From Felis catus (lineage: Eukaryota): a DNA stretch of 64,000 nucleotides. Positions 23,500-35,755 of the stretch are shown piece by piece. The translations under genes and the position numbers were made by a program. Under the pieces are notes generated by a model that was not told where the DNA came from, searched no databases, and worked only from the letters and a program-made list of their open reading frames with translations. How positions within the stretch are numbered: position 1 is the first letter of the stretch; every line of letters begins with the position of its first letter. The stretch lies in assembly GCF_018350175.1 (NCBI RefSeq), contig NC_058368.1, positions 24,058,001 through 24,122,000 on the forward strand, read 5' to 3'.

Positions 23500-23712
23500 G
23501 GGGCGCCTGGGTGGCGCAGTCGGTTAAGCGTCCGACTTCAGCCAGGTCACGATCTCGCGGTCCGTGAGTTCGAGCCCCGCGTCGGGCTCTGGGCTGATGG
23601 CTCAGAGCCTGGAGCCTGTTTCCCATTCTGTGTCTCCCTCTCTCTCTGCCCCTCCCCCGTTCATGCTCTGTCTCTCTCTGTCCCAAAAACAAATAAACGT
23701 TGAAAAAAAAAA
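23500..23712 (+). mobile_element. Young felid SINE (SINEC_Fc type)
   Basis: CpG-rich; intact A box (tggcgcagtcgg 23512-23523) and B box (gagttcgagcc 23566-23576); TSD aaaacataacctggt / aaaacatatcctggt. Confidence 0.96.
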
Positions 23713-24829
23713 AAAACATATCCTGGTTTCCTCGTTCTATTTTTTTTGTGTTTTTTTTGTTTTGTTTTTTTTCTTAAGTCTCTATGTCAATTATTTTCTG
23801 CCCTGATCTCTATTTACTTTCTTCTACTCACCTTGGGATTTGCTCTTTTTCTAATTTCTTTAGGCATAAAGTTACATTGAGTTTTTTGAGGGGGGTAAAC
23901 TCATTTTGAACTCAATCATCTCCAAACAGTACAGAATATGTTTCCAATGGACTTAATTTTCCTTGAAAATTATCAATCATTTTCTAAACATTTGCCTAAA
24001 TCTTTATTTTTGACCATATTACCTCTTAAATGATTTCCAGAAATTCATTAGCTGCTGTCTTAAAAACTACCTATTTTAAGCTACATGAAGTGATCCTACT
24101 TCTAGTTTCCTAAATTTGATAAGGGCCACATTCTATCTAGTAACAGATTGCAATTATATGACGTCCAACCAGAGCATATCCTCCTAATATCACTGTCATT
24201 ATAATGAAGAATTAATCTCACAGATTTTTAGTGACATTTCTCTATCATTACCCACCCTCCTTTTGTCTTTACTGTTAACAGGAAATGAGATCTTAAAGTG
24301 GCCACACCCTAGTTCTTTACAATGGTCCACAAAACTTTGATAGCCTTCCTTTCCAGGCAGGGCTTCCTAGGGCTTGGTGCTGTCTGGCATGAATTAATTT
24401 GGGCATCAGTTCATCAAATATCTAATGAAAGTGTACACAGTGTAAGAACTGGGTGGGGGGGGGAGAGGGGGAACAGTCTGATCTCAGGTATTTTATAATC
24501 TAATGAGTGACACCTCAAACTGCTTATAGTGACTTCTCATTCTCCTGTATCTGGGTTTGTACTGCCTGCTTAAAGCAGCTTGCTTTATGCACACTAGATT
24601 TCAAGTGGGAGACGAATGGGACAGGTCCTCTAAGAGCTCCAAATACCTTTGAACACCAGCTTTGCCCACATATGTTGTCCCACAAGAGCTAATATGGAAG
24701 GTAGAGATGGTTGATGGTTCCTATACTGCCTGGCTCGCTCACCTTCTGAAAATTAGAGTTAGCCCAATGTCATCAGCACAGTCAAGCTAAGGTAAAAGGC
24801 AATTTCAAAATGGCGTGACCAAACAAACC

Positions 24830-25303
24830 TAGTTACGAGGGTCGCTTTTCAAAATAAAGTTGGAAGGCCATAGGGAGGAGGAATTTATGCATGTCCTCAT
24901 TGGAGAAACTATAAACTTATTTTGTAAACCTTTCCATCAGCTGGAAGCCCTCAGTCAGCACTAAACTGCCTCCACACCCTGAGGCCTGGATCACTGGCAT
25001 TATTCAAGTCAAAAGGAATCAATGCAATTTAACAAGTTTCAACTCCTCATTTGAATAGTAACTCAATGAATCCCAGTTTAACCTAGCTTCAATCCCTGTT
25101 TCCTATAGAGGACAGACCTGAGAACCACACTTGTAGCCTTCTGCCTATATAATTCTGTACACACACATGCACACATACAATGTCTTTCTCAGAACATGAG
25201 TTAGGTTTCTACCTGAATCTGTCTCCCAAGTTGCAATTCTAACAGCCCAAATAAACAAACCTATGTTAGCTTTAATTTTCAGTGAGTTCTTTCTTGGTTA
25301 ATG
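24830..25303 (+). mobile_element. Possible ERV1-type solo LTR
   Basis: 3' end ttgcaattctaacagcccaaataaa…ttcttggttaatg resembles ERV1 LTR U5 ends; TATA-like ctatataa at ~25145; boundaries uncertain. Confidence 0.4.
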
Positions 25304-25816
25304 CTATGTTCCAAACAATTCCAGCCAGCCAAATACATAGAACAGTCATCATGCTTTAAATAACTTCAGTCGTATGCAACAACAGTAATTCTTTTTAATT
25401 TCCATCCAAGTTAGTTACCTTATAGTGCAATAAAGATTTCAGGAGTAGAATCCAGTAATTCATCCCCTACATATAACATTCAAGGTTCATCCCAGCAAGT
25501 GTTCTCCTTAATGCTCTTTGCCCACTTAGCACATTATCTCACTCAAAACATCTCCAGCAACCCTGTTTGTTCTCTGTGTTTATGATGCTCTTGTGTTTTG
25601 TCCCTCCCTGTTTTTAGATTTTTGCTTCCCTTCCTTTAAGTTCATCTGTTTTTTTGTTTAAGTTCATCTGTTTTTTACCTTAAATTCCACATAGGAGTGA
25701 AGTCATATGATACTTGTCTTTCTCTAATTTTGCTTAGCATAAGACACTCCAGCATCATTCATATTGTTGCAAAAGGTAAAATTTCATTCTTTTCAATTTC
25801 CTGTAATATTGCATTG

Positions 25817-25899
25817 TGTATGTACATATATCTATATACATACACAAAGATATATACACATACATGTATGTTTGTATATATATTCACATATATGTATAT

Positions 25900-25930
<31 letters not shown>
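25817..25930. repeat. Degenerate (TA/TG)n grading to (CA)n microsatellite
   Basis: Directly visible. Confidence 0.9.
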
Positions 25931-25931
<1 letters not shown>

Positions 25932-26046
25932 CCACATCTTCTTTATCTGTTCTTCAGTGGATGGACATTTGGGCTCTTTCCTTTGGCTATTGTCCATAGT
26001 GCTATCAATATTGGGGTGCATGTGCCCCTTTGAAACAGCACACCTA

Positions 26047-26267
26047 GGGGCGCCCAGGTGGCTCAGTCATTTAAGCTCCCAACTTCGGCTCAGGTCATGA
26101 TGTCACAGTTTGTGATTTCCAGCCCCATGTCAGGCTCTGTGCTAACATCTCAGACCTGGAGCCTGCTTGGGATTATGTGTCTCCTTCTCTCTCTGCCCCT
26201 TCACTGCTTGCTTGCTTTCTCACTCTCTCTAAAAAATAAACTTTAAAAATATATGTATGTCAAGAAA
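26047..26267 (+). mobile_element. Can-SINE nested in L1
   Basis: TSD gaaacagcacacct (26032-26045) / gaaacatcacacct (26268-26281). Confidence 0.93.
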
Positions 26268-26344
26268 GAAACATCACACCTGTATCCTTTAGATAAATAC
26301 CTAGCAGTGCAATTCCAACAGCAGTAATTTGTCATGGTATCTAC

Positions 26345-26775
26345 TGTTTGAAAAAAAAAAAAATAGGCTCCAAAATGGTGTCCCTTAGGCCAAGTCACCA
26401 AACTGGGGCTTAGTATCTAACATAATTGTATTTTCAATCTCTCTTGGGCATTTACGTCTTCATCTGTCAATCATGAATTCTCAGATTGTCAATGAGGTCG
26501 TCTGTCACATGGGTCCTCTCTATCTCCCAAAGGAAGATGGGATAAATCCACTAAATAAAATTCCCTGCCTTGCCCTTTAGGGTGGTTGACCTTGCCTAGA
26601 ACAGTCTTTTCTTTTACCATTAACTTTCTTGTCCCCCCTTCTTATAAAACCTTTCCATTTTGCACAACTCCTCAGATCTCCTCTTTATGTGCTAGTTAAG
26701 ATGCTGCCTGATTTAACAATCACCTAAAGCCAATCAGATCCTCAAACTTACTCAACTGGGTTTTGTTTTTTAATA
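26345..26775 (+). mobile_element. ERV1 solo LTR (MER34-like)
   Basis: TG…TA(CA) termini with 4-bp TSD ctac (26341-26344 / 26776-26779); ccaaaatggtgtc start, cttataaaa TATA, aaagccaatcagatc end. Confidence 0.75.
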
Positions 26776-27779
26776 CTACATTTAGGTCTCTTATCTGCCA
26801 GCCCAACCACTTATGTAGGAGTTGAGTTAGGTTTCTTTCTCCTTTCCCAATGCCTTGTTCTCATACGGGCCACAATAGCCTAATGATTTAAATTTCTGGA
26901 TTTAAATTTCAAACAAATCAACGTTGTTTTCTCAAGTTTCCTGGTCTCACGTGACACTCATTCAAACTCTTCTCCATGTGGAAGGAATCGTGTCAGCTGC
27001 CTCTGGAGGTTCTCTCTTACAGTGTCCATTACTCAGTCTCCTGTCCTTTGCTCTCTCTCGATTCCCCCTCACTGACTTCTGACAGCACCTGTGTGAATTG
27101 TGGTGCTGTCATCACATAAAAAGTCACACTACTCCTCCACTGAGGGTTGTTGCTTTTGTTTACCACATGTGCCTTATGAAGGGCTGAGCTCCCTGTGTTT
27201 CAAAATTCACTAACAAAGCTGCTGATGTTCTGGAATCCTTGCTAGGTATCCAGACTGTGCAATGTTCTCAGAATAAGATACAATTTTTTTATTTTTAATT
27301 TTTTTATGCCACATATATTACCTTCTTTTAGAGGAACTCATACCCAAGCAGTACACTGCCTTGCACTCCAGCAGGCAACAGTAGGAACAGGATTTTAACA
27401 TTTGCTTTTAAGTCTCCTCCCTTTAGGCCCACAAGTCAGTTCTAGGCTCACTGTGCTTATCCTTTCCGGAAACATAGGCTAATTATTGAGCCAAGTTTAT
27501 TGGCCTGAACCACCCTTCTAATGTTCTTTTCCAAGAGGAAAACTTTAGACCTTCATGGTGGGACCTCTCTATAGTCCTCCAGGGTCAGAGTCCCACATTT
27601 AAACACATTAGGTTTAAGCTCCAACTCTTGCTGTCTTTGTGAGATTTTTTTTTCCAGTCCAGAGAATAAACTAGCCACTTATTAAGCCCTTATAGTACAA
27701 AACAGTAGTGTAAAAGGCTATGAAGATCATAGAAATTTCTAGACTATTAATAAAATGTCCTGTCAACATAAACTTGACT

Positions 27780-28635
27780 CCTTCAAAGTTTAAAGCTTTA
27801 CAAAAGAAATAAAGTCAAAAGGCAAATGGCAAGTGAAGAAATATATGTAGGTATACATGACAGATTACTTATTTCCTTGACAGGCAGATAACTCTTACAA
27901 ATCAATACAAAAGATGAATAGCACAACTAAAAAATGAGCCAGCAATGTGAATAGAGAATTCACAGAAAAAAAAAAATAGCAAATAAGTCTAGAAAGCAAT
28001 ACTTACCTTACTCATAATCAAAGGAATATTAATTTTAACAGGAAAATACTAGAAGATATTCTAGATTTTCACCTGGAAAATTAGAAAAGGTTTACAAGAA
28101 TAATAAATCTAGTACTATGAAGGTAGGAAGAATCCAGCACTCTGATACCCTGCTCTAAAAGGAACAAATTATTACAATTATTTGGAGACCACCTTGATGA
28201 TATCAATAAAAGTGAAACTGGCATACCTTTTGACCCAGAAAGCTCTGGAAATTTATTCAACAGACATACCTGCAAACATGTATTTAGAACATGTACTCAA
28301 TAGCATAATTGCCCTGAGGATCTATCCTTGTGTTTTCAAATGAGAAATGTCGCTGTGAACAAAGCCATTGGCTGAAACTTATGCATGGAATAACATGGTT
28401 TGCATAAAGCAAGTAGGTAGATGGATTGATAGGTAGATAGGTAAGTACTTTTAACCCATAGTAAATTAGGTTAGATGAAGCAGAAAACAAAGTGCTTGGT
28501 CTGGGGAATAACAATGCATATGGGGGCAAAGTAGAAGCGACCACAGTCATGGCAGCATTTAACCTTTCACTTTATTCCCCTCCCATTGTGCAATTTTTTT
28601 CACAACGAACACATGTAACTTTTGTAATTTAAAAT
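27780..28635 (+). mobile_element. Ancient L1 (L1ME-like) ORF2 end and 3'UTR
   Basis: aagtcaaaaggcaaatggcaa…aactcttacaaatcaata…aattcacagaaaaa…cataccttttgacccag. Confidence 0.7.
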
Positions 28636-30430
28636 GATATTTTTCTGAAAAGAAAAGAAAAAATAGCCCCAGCTTAAATAGCTCCTGTAAGTAGCAGGGG
28701 ACTTCATGAAAGTGTCCCTTATTTAAGGACTCAGTCCTTAAAGTTGAATGTGTGTCTCCTTTCTCTGATATTCTTCTGCCCAGCCCACTGCTCTCTCTGG
28801 CGTATGGTCTCAATCTCTTCCCACCACGACACAAACTCCACTTTCTCCCGGTCACAACGTCACATCTTTCACGTATTACACCCCTGTCTCTCATCTTGTC
28901 AACATAGCACAATCACGATTGCCCGTCTAGCCTGGTACTACTCCACAGTCTTCCTACCAGAACCGTTTTAGCCAACATTTCAAGGACATGTTGGTAAATT
29001 AGAAGAGTAGTAGCTATGGTAGTCTTTGGAACACGATATAAAAATAACCTGTCAGAACATAGACCTACATAGTTTAGTCACACCCCGCACATAAATAGCA
29101 CATCGCTTGCTTCTTCATGGAACAAAACACAGAGGCAAGGACACCCTCACAAGTCATTCAACATCTATTTTTGAAATTTTTTCTATCTAGTCCCACAGGT
29201 TACACATACCTTTGTAGAGAATACAACTAGCAAGTAGAAAACAAATTAAAATAGTCCAAAAGCTCTTTCACATTTTGACACATGCAAATATGTGCTGGCT
29301 TTACAAAAATAGGTTTGTATCTATGTATGTACACCTTTTATTGTAATTTTTCTAGAAGTAAATATGCAGCCGCATTATCATTTTGAACTGATATTTAATA
29401 TTATGTTCCATTACTTGATGCATTCATTCATACCACAAACGTTCAGGAGAGTTTTCTGGTCTCAACGCATATCATCATGAATAAAAACACCCCTGTGCTC
29501 TTGAGTTTACATTCCAGTGGGAGAACAACAAATAAATGTATATTATAAATGCATTTGGGGACAAGCACAATTTACAAAACAAAGGAGGGTGATGTGATGT
29601 TGCACTGCAGAGCTGCAGAGGGAGAAGCCAGGCTTTTAGGCAAGTTGGCAAGGAAGGTGACCTTTGAATGGGTGGGAATGAATTCTTCGGATGGAAATAT
29701 GTAGGCAGAGTCCCAGTAAAACTAACAGGAAAGGTCCTAAAGGCTCAAATAGTCTTTTCATGTCCCATATTTATTTTTCACACTTAAAGATTATATAATG
29801 ATTCTCATTTGATTTCCTCTAGTATTTGGGGAGGAGGATTTCATTGTTGCATTTAAATCTTTTATTCAAACAAGTATATTTATCTTAATACAGGGATTTT
29901 AATCCTCTTGTGAATGAGTAAATGTATCAGTGTATATGCTCCCATTATTTCCCCAGGATAATTTCCTAGAGGTAGAATAGATTTAAAACACTGACTTTTT
30001 AAAGGTTTTTTTGATGCACATTGCCTAACTGCACACGCAGGAGGACTGGAACAATTTGAAGTGTTTAGGATATATCTCACCACACCCTTAAAAACTTGTG
30101 AAATCCAGAACACTATCATCTAGGAGAACAAAAGCATCTCAGGTTTTTCCACTGCACAGTCTTTTAAAAATTGCTTTATGTATGTATATATCTACTTGGT
30201 TATATTTATCTTTTCTGGTTTCTCTGTTCGTCCTTAATCATTTTGTAGTATCTATTTTAATGCTGTGATATTACCTCCCTGAAGGTTGATGAAAATCATA
30301 CTTTCATTTTTCGGTAATTTCCTTCATTATAACATACAATTCCATCTTTAATCAGTTTAATGGTTCATACTTTAAACTTCATTTTGTCTGAAAATACTGC
30401 ACCCAACTTTCTTTAAAAATGCTCACTTGT

Positions 30431-30616
30431 GGGGCGCCTGGCTTGTTCAGTCGGCTAAGTGTCCAACTTTGGCTCAGGTCACAAGTTTGAGCCCCATGTC
30501 AGGATCTGTGCTGACAGCTTGGAGCTTCCTTTGAATTCTGTGTCTCCTCCTCCCTGCCCCTCCCTTGCTCATGCACACTCTCTCTTAAATATAAATGTTA
30601 AAAAAAATTTTTTTTT
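30431..30616 (+). mobile_element. Can-SINE (first of tandem pair)
   Basis: ggggcgcctggc head; flanked by aaaaatgctcacttg and aaatgatcgcttgc. Confidence 0.9.
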
Positions 30617-30630
30617 AAATGATCGCTTGC

Positions 30631-30857
30631 AGAGCATCTGGGTGGCTCAGTCAGTTAAGCGTCCGACTTCAGCTCAGGTCATGATCTCAAAGTTCATGAG
30701 TTCAAGCCTCCCGTCGGACTCTGCGCTGAGAGTTTAAGCCTGGAGCCTGCTTCAGATTCTGTCTCCCTCTCTCTCTGCCCCTCCCCCACTTGCACTTGGT
30801 CTCTCTCTCTCAAAAATAAACATTAAAGAAAAAAATTTAAATTTCTTGCTCTCTAAA
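30631..30857 (+). mobile_element. Can-SINE (second of tandem pair)
   Basis: gcatctgggtggctcagtcagttaagcgtccgac head; followed by aaaaatgttcacttgc. Confidence 0.92.
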
Positions 30858-30879
30858 AAAAATGTTCACTTGCACTAGG

Positions 30880-32500
30880 TTTTTTGTTGTACCTTAGTTT
30901 TCATGAGGCGATGTGTTATGGGTGCGTCACTTGTTAATAGTATAAAGTTCCATTTTGGTTTGGTACCCAAAAGTATACGTTCTATTAACTTTATGTAATT
31001 TATAGTCATAACAGGCACAGTGGGTCTTATTTCTGATTGTTTTTTTTCCCAGTTGGTTTCTTTTAGATATTGCTTTTGCTTCTCTAATTGGAAAGCCACA
31101 TCAGGTGATTTTTACAAGTACTTAATTTTCACGTTTTAGAAAAAACAATTTAAACAATTTTCTTAATGTCAACAGAATTTCTCTTTGTCTACGTAAGGTT
31201 AAATAATGCACTTCTTCCCTTTCTCTGACATTTTCTTTTTACTTGTGTCAAGTATGATTTGGAACTTTCATTTCATTATGGTCATTGTGTTTCTGCTACA
31301 GTCCGTATGTTCTCAAGAATAATATTTGCATCTTTTCTAATCATTTTTACTTAGAATTAATTCCATTCTCAAATAGTTTCCATAGGTACTATTATTTCTC
31401 AGACTGTGACTTCCTTTGTGGTCTTTCAATTGTTTCTCAGTTGAGTAAAATATATCTTGCCACACAGTGTGTGTGGAAGGACTTCCACCTTGAGCCTTAT
31501 TGATCTGAAACTACATTTTCATTGTTGTCATAAATGAAAAACCACCTGCTATGACATAGAGTTGAAAGGGTGAGGTCGCAAAAATAGCCCCAATTCACTT
31601 TACGTATTTCTCCATTTGTTGGGGGGGGAGGGGTTGGATCTAATATTTCAAGTCTGAGACCAATTCGCTATTTTCCCCCTTTATTAGCACTTTTCTCCCC
31701 TCTATTCTTCCAGGTCTCACAAAATTCCAAACCTTTGCTATGTGCAGATATTCATCAATTTTCATTAACTTTACTTGGTGGACTGAGTCTTTTTACCAGC
31801 TGGTTCAGGGCTTTTCAATTCAGTATTGGTTTTTTTGTTGTTGTTAAAACTGAGAATGGTATCATCCTTTCAATTCACACTGTTCACTTCCTCAGAAAAA
31901 CCAAACTATCCTTGTGTTAGGTCTTTGTTAAATGTCCTCCTTGTCTGTTGTCTTCAATCACATTCATCTCATTATCCTTCTTTTCCTTTATCCTATTTAC
32001 CCTTTTTTCTAAGATGGAGTCTCACAATCTGCTTTACACCTCATTTGATTTTTTTTTTAATTTTTTTTTCAACGTTTATTTATTTTTGGGACAGAGAGAG
32101 ACAGAGCATGAACGGGGGAGGGGCAGAGAGAGAGGGAGACACAGAATCGGAAACAGGCTCCAGGCTCTGAGCCATCAGCCCAGAGCCCGACGCGGGGCTC
32201 GAACTCACGGACCGTGAGATCGTGACCTGGCTGAAGTCGGACGCTTAACCGACTGCGCCACCCAGGCGCCCCTATACCTCATTTGATTTTCAACAAAAAC
32301 TCTGTCAACTCTTTACAATGTCTAATGTTATTTTTACTTCCACTAATTGTGTGTTCTGGTTTTCCATCTCCTTCATTTTTTTCCTCAGCACTACCAGGTC
32401 TTTAATTCAATAAAGTCTGTTGCTTGTCTTTTCCTAACAAGTTCCTGTTTTCTTTTGTGTACACAAGCACTCATAGCAAATTCTGAAGTTTCTTTTTCTG
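30880..32500 (-). mobile_element. Very old L1/HAL1 ORF1-region remnant
   Basis: T-rich plus strand with reverse ORF1-like motifs (aagtctgagaccaatt, gggcttttcaattcag); poorly resolved. Confidence 0.4.
32052..32272 (-). mobile_element. Young felid SINE (SINEC_Fc type)
   Basis: Near-consensus and CpG-rich; TSD tacacctcatttgattt (32035-32051) / tatacctcatttgattt (32273-32289). Confidence 0.97.
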
Positions 32501-32520
32501 TCTGTAATAATTTTTAAAAA

Positions 32521-32735
32521 TTTTTTTAATGTTTATTTTTGAGAGAGAGAGAGCACGTGAGACAGTGCAAATGAATGGGGGAGGGGCAGACAGAGAGGGA
32601 GACACAGAATCCGAAGCAGGCTCCAGGCCCTGAGCTGTCAGCCAAGAGCCTGATGTGGGGCTTGAACTCATGATCTGTGAGATCATGACTTGAGTGAAGT
32701 TGGTTGCCCAACCGACTGAGCCACCCAGGTGCCCC
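32521..32735 (-). mobile_element. Can-SINE
   Basis: Poly(T) tail and reverse head …ccgactgagccacccaggtgcccc; tgtaataa on both flanks. Confidence 0.92.
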
Positions 32736-32750
32736 TGTAATAAAAATTTT

Positions 32751-32946
32751 TAATAGATTTTCTTCATTTTAGAGACAGAAACAGAGCGCAAGCAGAGGAG
32801 AGAGGCAGAGGAAGAGAGAGAATCTCAAGTAGGCTCCATGCTCAATGAGGAGCCCAACGCAGGGTTCTATTTCAAAACCCTGGGATCGTGACCTGAGCTG
32901 AAACCAAGAGTCAGATGCTCAACCCACTGAGCCAACCAGATTCCCC
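32751..32946 (-). mobile_element. Can-SINE (older subfamily)
   Basis: gagagagaatctcaagtaggctcc…gacctgagctgaaaccaagagtcagatgctcaacccactgagcc. Confidence 0.88.
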
Positions 32947-34989
32947 TAAATAGGTTCTTCTTCTAACTTGCCGTTACTTATGACACAAAATCTTTCTCCA
33001 AAAACTCCATGTTATTCTAAGTGCAATATTTCCTACAACTGTTATTTGTTTGAAAATATGTGGTAGAAACTTCACCATTTATATAAATGTTGAAATTCTC
33101 CTCTTGCAGAATCTCTGAGAAAAAAATCTCATTTCTATCATTTCAGTTTTCATCTTAATAAAGACAGGCATTCTTTCACCTAATCTTGGCTTACAATTAA
33201 TGTAAATAGATCTTCCTTCGGGTCTCCCGTGATTTATCTAGGTATGTTCGAAATTCTCCTCTTAGATGTTAACCAAGAATGTTAGACAGTCTAGTTCAAT
33301 TAACTTCAAATCATTGGGAGCCCTAATACCATGGGAAGCAAGGTCATGGAATGCCCCAGTGAAGGGGAGAATTTTCCACATGTTTTTCTCTACCTTTTGC
33401 ATCTATTTATCTATATGTGATTATCTCTTTGGTCTGGCCCTTACTTCAGAGATATGGACTAAAGGCATCTACTATTTTTTTTTCTAGTGCTCCTGACTTT
33501 TTAGTTGGAAAATGGTTACACCCACCAATTACTGAATTTTCAAGGGAAGTGCCCTACTGCTCACACACTTCCTATTTACTATAGCAAATGTTACATTTCC
33601 AGGGTCTATGCTGAAACCCTTCCAAGTCCTTATCGGTAAAACTAAAATTAGCTTTGAGTGAAATAGTCCTTGTTTTCCCATGGCACCCCTCACCTCCACA
33701 GTTGAACCCTCAAAAATAATGCTGTGGTCTTCTCCAAAACTATGTGTTTCCTAGAATGCTATACTATTTAACTGGGGAAAGAGAGCTATGAATTGATCCT
33801 TTGTTACTTCCTTCAATATACTACCAGGCAGACCAAGATTTCTCCAGGATCCTGATAGGTGGCTGGCATCATTCCCTTTGTCAGCAATGAGGCAAGTTTT
33901 CCCTCTTTGTATTTTTAGTTATCACAGGCACTTTCTATAAAGTGAGTTTGTATGCTGGCTCTTATATTGACATTTTCTCCTGACCCTCACCAACTGTGTT
34001 GAATTTATGTTATGTATCAATCGTAACGCTAAGTAATCAAAGACAAAGGACTCTCCCTTGTCCTCAAGCCACTTACTTTTTTTATATGATCAAAGTAAGA
34101 TCTGAATCCATCAGCTCACTCATGCCTGGTGCCTCTTCTTAGTTTCTAGGTATAAACTTACCCACCAAGACTTGGTTATTGAATTGGTTGCCAGGAATCA
34201 AGCAGCAAGACAAGGGACTAGAGCAGTTTCCAGAACCAAAGGGACCACAAAGACCAGCTTAGTCTATTGACAAGAATTTAAAGAGAACACAGAGGACAAG
34301 AGTTTCCTTGCTAATGGTTTCATTATGTCTGAGAGGCAGAACTAGGAAACAGACTGAAACCAAACTCACAGGGAGGTGAAAAGAAGGGGTAAGGGGTACA
34401 AACAAAACAAAAACAAAAGTACAAGAAACAAAACCTACCACCAACAACAAAAATACCCTAAGGTCATTTAAAGTCTGAAAACTCTGATCTAAACATTGAG
34501 AAGTTCCTTATTATCTTTCCTGAAATCTTGTGACAGGAGGCGCCCAAATTTCATACTATGTTTTAAATTAAGACATGACAATTGAACATTCTTATGAAAA
34601 ATAGTCCTGTATAACAATGGGGGTAGGTATCGTTGTTCAGAGACCAATTACACCCCTTCTTTTACTACTAATGCACACATTTGTTGGGTTGTGTTTTTGT
34701 CTTTATGTCTTAAGGAAGACTTAAAGAGTGAAATTAGGTAAGAACCTCATGATCTTTCATTTGTCACTAACTGAAAAATTTAATAAATATGATTCTATAA
34801 AGATGAAATTGGTTTCTTTGTGATCCTCAAAGTTGTTGCAACATCAAGTAGGCTAGTTGACTGAGAAAACAAAGCAAAAGACATCAATCTCAGAGGTATG
34901 ATGTCCTTGAGCATGATTTGTTTATGTTTCAATTAATAATGACAAGAAGTTTTTTTTTCTTTTTGAACTGTAATTTTTAATTGGATTCC

Positions 34990-35755
34990 AGCCTTTGTGA
35001 TTTTTACCTTTTAGGTCATGGATATGTTCACATCCATATAAATACTCTTCAGTTTTGTTCTACGATGCAGTCAACTTACTGATAAACAGTTTGGTCCCTG
35101 TGAGCATTATTTTTTTATTTGGTAGGTGAGACAAGAGAAGTATATAGTCTGAGGCTAATCATTCTCCATTTCTGACAGAAGACTCTTCTGATTATTCTAG
35201 TTCATGTCCCATGAATAAAGGTTTTTTGCAGTTTGGTGGAAAGAGGCCCAATTCCTGGCCCTGTATCAACTCCAGGGACTGTCACTTCTCATTCTTTCAG
35301 ATAGTTCTCCAGCCTTGGATACTTTCCTTCTATGTTTGCAATCATCAGTTCCCTGCTTAATACTTGAGGATCCCTTCACACATCTCTGGTATGTTTCTGC
35401 TAGGCACAGCAATCGTCTTTACTGTGTTCTGTCCTACAAACTCTAGGTGCCTTATCGCTCCTGGCCCCTCACCCTAGTCTCATTCAACTGAGGGGGTCTT
35501 TCTGGGTTCCTCCTCTTTGCACAATGGGCTACAAGTTCTCTCAAGCCAGTATTTGTGGCAATCAGAGTGCATTTTGCTTTTTTCCCCTATCGCTTTGCTT
35601 GTTTCCCATCCTGCCTGATGTGATCAGAGATCACATTCATGGAATCATACCCATTACCTTTTAAAAACTGTTGTTTCACGTATTTTTATCTGAGTGAAAT
35701 GTTTCAGGCAGGAGGGTAAATATGGTCCCTGTTTTTCCAACTTGGACAAAATGGT
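34990..35755 (-). mobile_element. Old L1M 5' region
   Basis: Ends tttcaggcaggagggtaaatatggtccctgtttttccaacttgg, the reverse of an old L1M 5' terminus as recalled. Confidence 0.6.

Larger units (their letters stand above)
20152..23880 (-). mobile_element. 5'-truncated L1 (carnivore/L1MA-age): 3'UTR plus decayed ORF2, with three nested insertions
   Basis: Minus-strand ORF2 remnants (KTWKQPKCPSTDEWI 20436-20666; EMQRIIKEYHEKLHANKLDNLE 22841-23035); T-rich plus strand. Confidence 0.9.
25391..26315 (-). mobile_element. 5'-truncated carnivore L1 3' end containing a SINE and a (TA/CA)n tract
   Basis: Same 3'UTR type as 22999-23226; TSD caacaacagtaatt (25377-25390) / caacagcagtaatt (26316-26329). 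Confidence 0.88.

Noticed and set aside
23500..23580. tRNA-like A and B boxes
   Set aside because: tRNA-derived SINE head, not a tRNA gene; followed by SINE body, tail and TSD
23274..23806. ORFs such as …EPGACFPFCVSLSL… and …GQRETEHERGRGRERGRH… (also near 9494, 19194, 31948, 38420, 48991)
   Set aside because: Translations of Can-SINE sequence, not genes
25635..25676. 22-bp tandem duplication tttaagttcatctgtttttt
   Set aside because: Ordinary slippage duplication inside a dead L1
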